DNA of 64,000 nt from an uncultured Mycoplasmatota bacterium (GTDB lineage: Bacteria; Bacillota_I; Bacilli_A; RF39; UBA660): assembly GCA_947166445.1 (NCBI GenBank), contig CAMVED010000003.1, forward strand, positions 589 to 64,588. The letters are read 5' to 3'. The translations under genes and the position numbers were made by a program. The notes below the pieces were generated by a model. The model saw nothing but the letters and a program-made list of their open reading frames with translations, did no database searches and had not been told where the DNA came from. Shown in pieces: positions 63,123-64,000 of this stretch; the stretch's first letter is position 1; every line of letters starts with the position of its first letter.

Positions 63123-63947
63123 CTACCTCTTTTCTATAAACTTAATATAATTATTATATCTAGATTTAAGTATACCATTATTTATATGTTTCTTTACTTC
63201 ACACTCTTTTTCTTTAGTATGAGTACAATCCTTATAAGGACATTTATACTTATCAAATTCTACAAATGCTTTCTTTATTTGATCGTTACTATAAACCGAT
63301 AAATCAACTGCTGAAAAACCAGGCGTATCTACAACTTTTCCTTTACCAATACTTACTAATGTAACATATCTAGTTGTATGCTTACCTCTTCCTAAAGCTT
63401 CTGATATTTCATTAGTTTCAAAATCTAAATTTTTATCAAGTTTGTTTATTAAACTACTCTTACCTGCACCAGTCTGTCCTGTAAAAACTACTGTTTTATT
63501 TTTAAACATTTTCTTAATCTTTCTTATTTTATTATTATAAATAACAGCATATCCTAATTTTTTATAATATTTTAAAATGTTCTTTAAAGAAGCAAATTCA
63601 TCTTTACTAAGTAAATCCTTTTTAGTAATACATATAACAGGTTTAATATTATTTATTTCACATACTACTAAAAGTTTATCTAATAAATTATCAGAAAAAT
63701 CAGGCTTTTTTAAACTTGTAACAATAAATGCTTCATCTATATTACTAACTAGTGGTCTATCAAGTTCATTTTTTCTAGATAATATTTTTTCAATAACTTT
63801 TTTATCAATATCAAAGATAACATAGTCCCCAACTTTAGGACTTATGTTATCTTTTCTAAACTTTCCTCTTGCTTTACAGACAAACTCTCCAAGAGTACTA
63901 TCTATAAAATAATCATCACTAACTATTTTTATAATTTGACCTTTCAT
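63123..63947 (-). CDS. rsgA: Ribosome small-subunit-dependent GTPase A (RsgA/YloQ)
   Basis: OB-fold N-terminus, circularly permuted GTPase (NKIDL-type then GQTGAGKSSLINKL), RGKHTT, DTPGF, and a C-terminal C..C.H....C zinc knuckle. Confidence 0.9.
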   Translation of the reverse strand: MKGQIIKIVSDDYFIDSTLGEFVCKARGKFRKDNISPKVGDYVIFDIDKKVIEKILSRKNELDRPLVSNIDEAFIVTSLKKPDFSDNLLDKLLVVCEINNIKPVICITKKDLLSKDEFASLKNILKYYKKLGYAVIYNNKIRKIKKMFKNKTVVFTGQTGAGKSSLINKLDKNLDFETNEISEALGRGKHTTRYVTLVSIGKGKVVDTPGFSAVDLSVYSNDQIKKAFVEFDKYKCPYKDCTHTKEKECEVKKHINNGILKSRYNNYIKFIEKR

Positions 63948-63958
63948 TCAAAACTCCC

Positions 63959-64000
63959 TTATTCAGTTTCAGTATTAGTTTTATTATCTGTATCCGTCTT
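63959..64000 (-). CDS. 3' end of an upstream gene (only 13 codons visible)
   Basis: The minus-strand frame ...KTDTDNKTNTETE-stop ends at 63959. Too short to identify. Confidence 0.3.
   Translation of the reverse strand, partial: KTDTDNKTNTETE

Noticed and set aside
4901-63825. Short ORFs antisense to longer motif-bearing genes: 4901-5104, 7881-8147, 9602-9886, 14792-15031, 15833-16051, 16160-16348, 22734-22955, 26508-26741, 29377-29691, 31384-31575, 32897-33220, 34325-34525, 34772-34978, 42256-42636, 46242-46460, 48133-48318, 49807-50025, 50493-50690, 53646-53906, 62506-62814, 63577-63825
   Set aside because: All lie fully inside, and mostly antisense to, longer ORFs with clear family motifs. 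Their translations are S/L/F/I-rich, as expected from reading AT-rich coding DNA on the wrong strand. 48133-48318 is an out-of-frame ORF inside integrase 2.

Overview
Visibly AT-rich, Firmicutes-type chromosomal window (Clostridia or Erysipelotrichia-like; CotF and SpoVK-type genes present). It holds about 70 genes, almost all on the minus strand.

Core blocks sit at both ends. At 1-22 kb: a T-box leader, a CinA-like gene, a CarD-like gene, Sir2, NUDIX, ttcA, a ClpX paralog, a SAM-I riboswitch, a TelA/XpaC/vWA/AAA cluster and a tandem cystatin-like lipoprotein. At 52.8-64 kb: recG, obg, mtaB, rpe and rsgA.

The middle (about 20.7-52.7 kb) is accessory or defence DNA with three parts.

(i) A minus-strand run at 20.7-30.1 kb: DUF1810, ADP-ribosylglycohydrolase, an unknown 352-aa protein, an HsdS-like protein, a macro-like protein and a soluble FtsH-like AAA-M41 protease. 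These are followed by a GmrSD-like DUF262 pair and a zinc-ribbon/Vsr-like nuclease.

(ii) Island A (30190-41345), which is PICI/satellite-like. It carries an integrase, a cI-like and a cro-like gene, a replisome organizer, a complete DpnII-type GATC restriction-modification (RM) cassette and two unknown genes.

(iii) Island B (41335-52748), a related but decayed island. It carries a type III RM system, a KAP NTPase and a Fic operon.

The two islands are delimited by three exact copies of TCTTCAGGGGG. This core lies inside a promoter-hairpins-terminator RNA unit next to recG.

No rRNA, tRNA, CRISPR array or transposase was seen. All functional calls come from motifs read by eye, and no database search was run.
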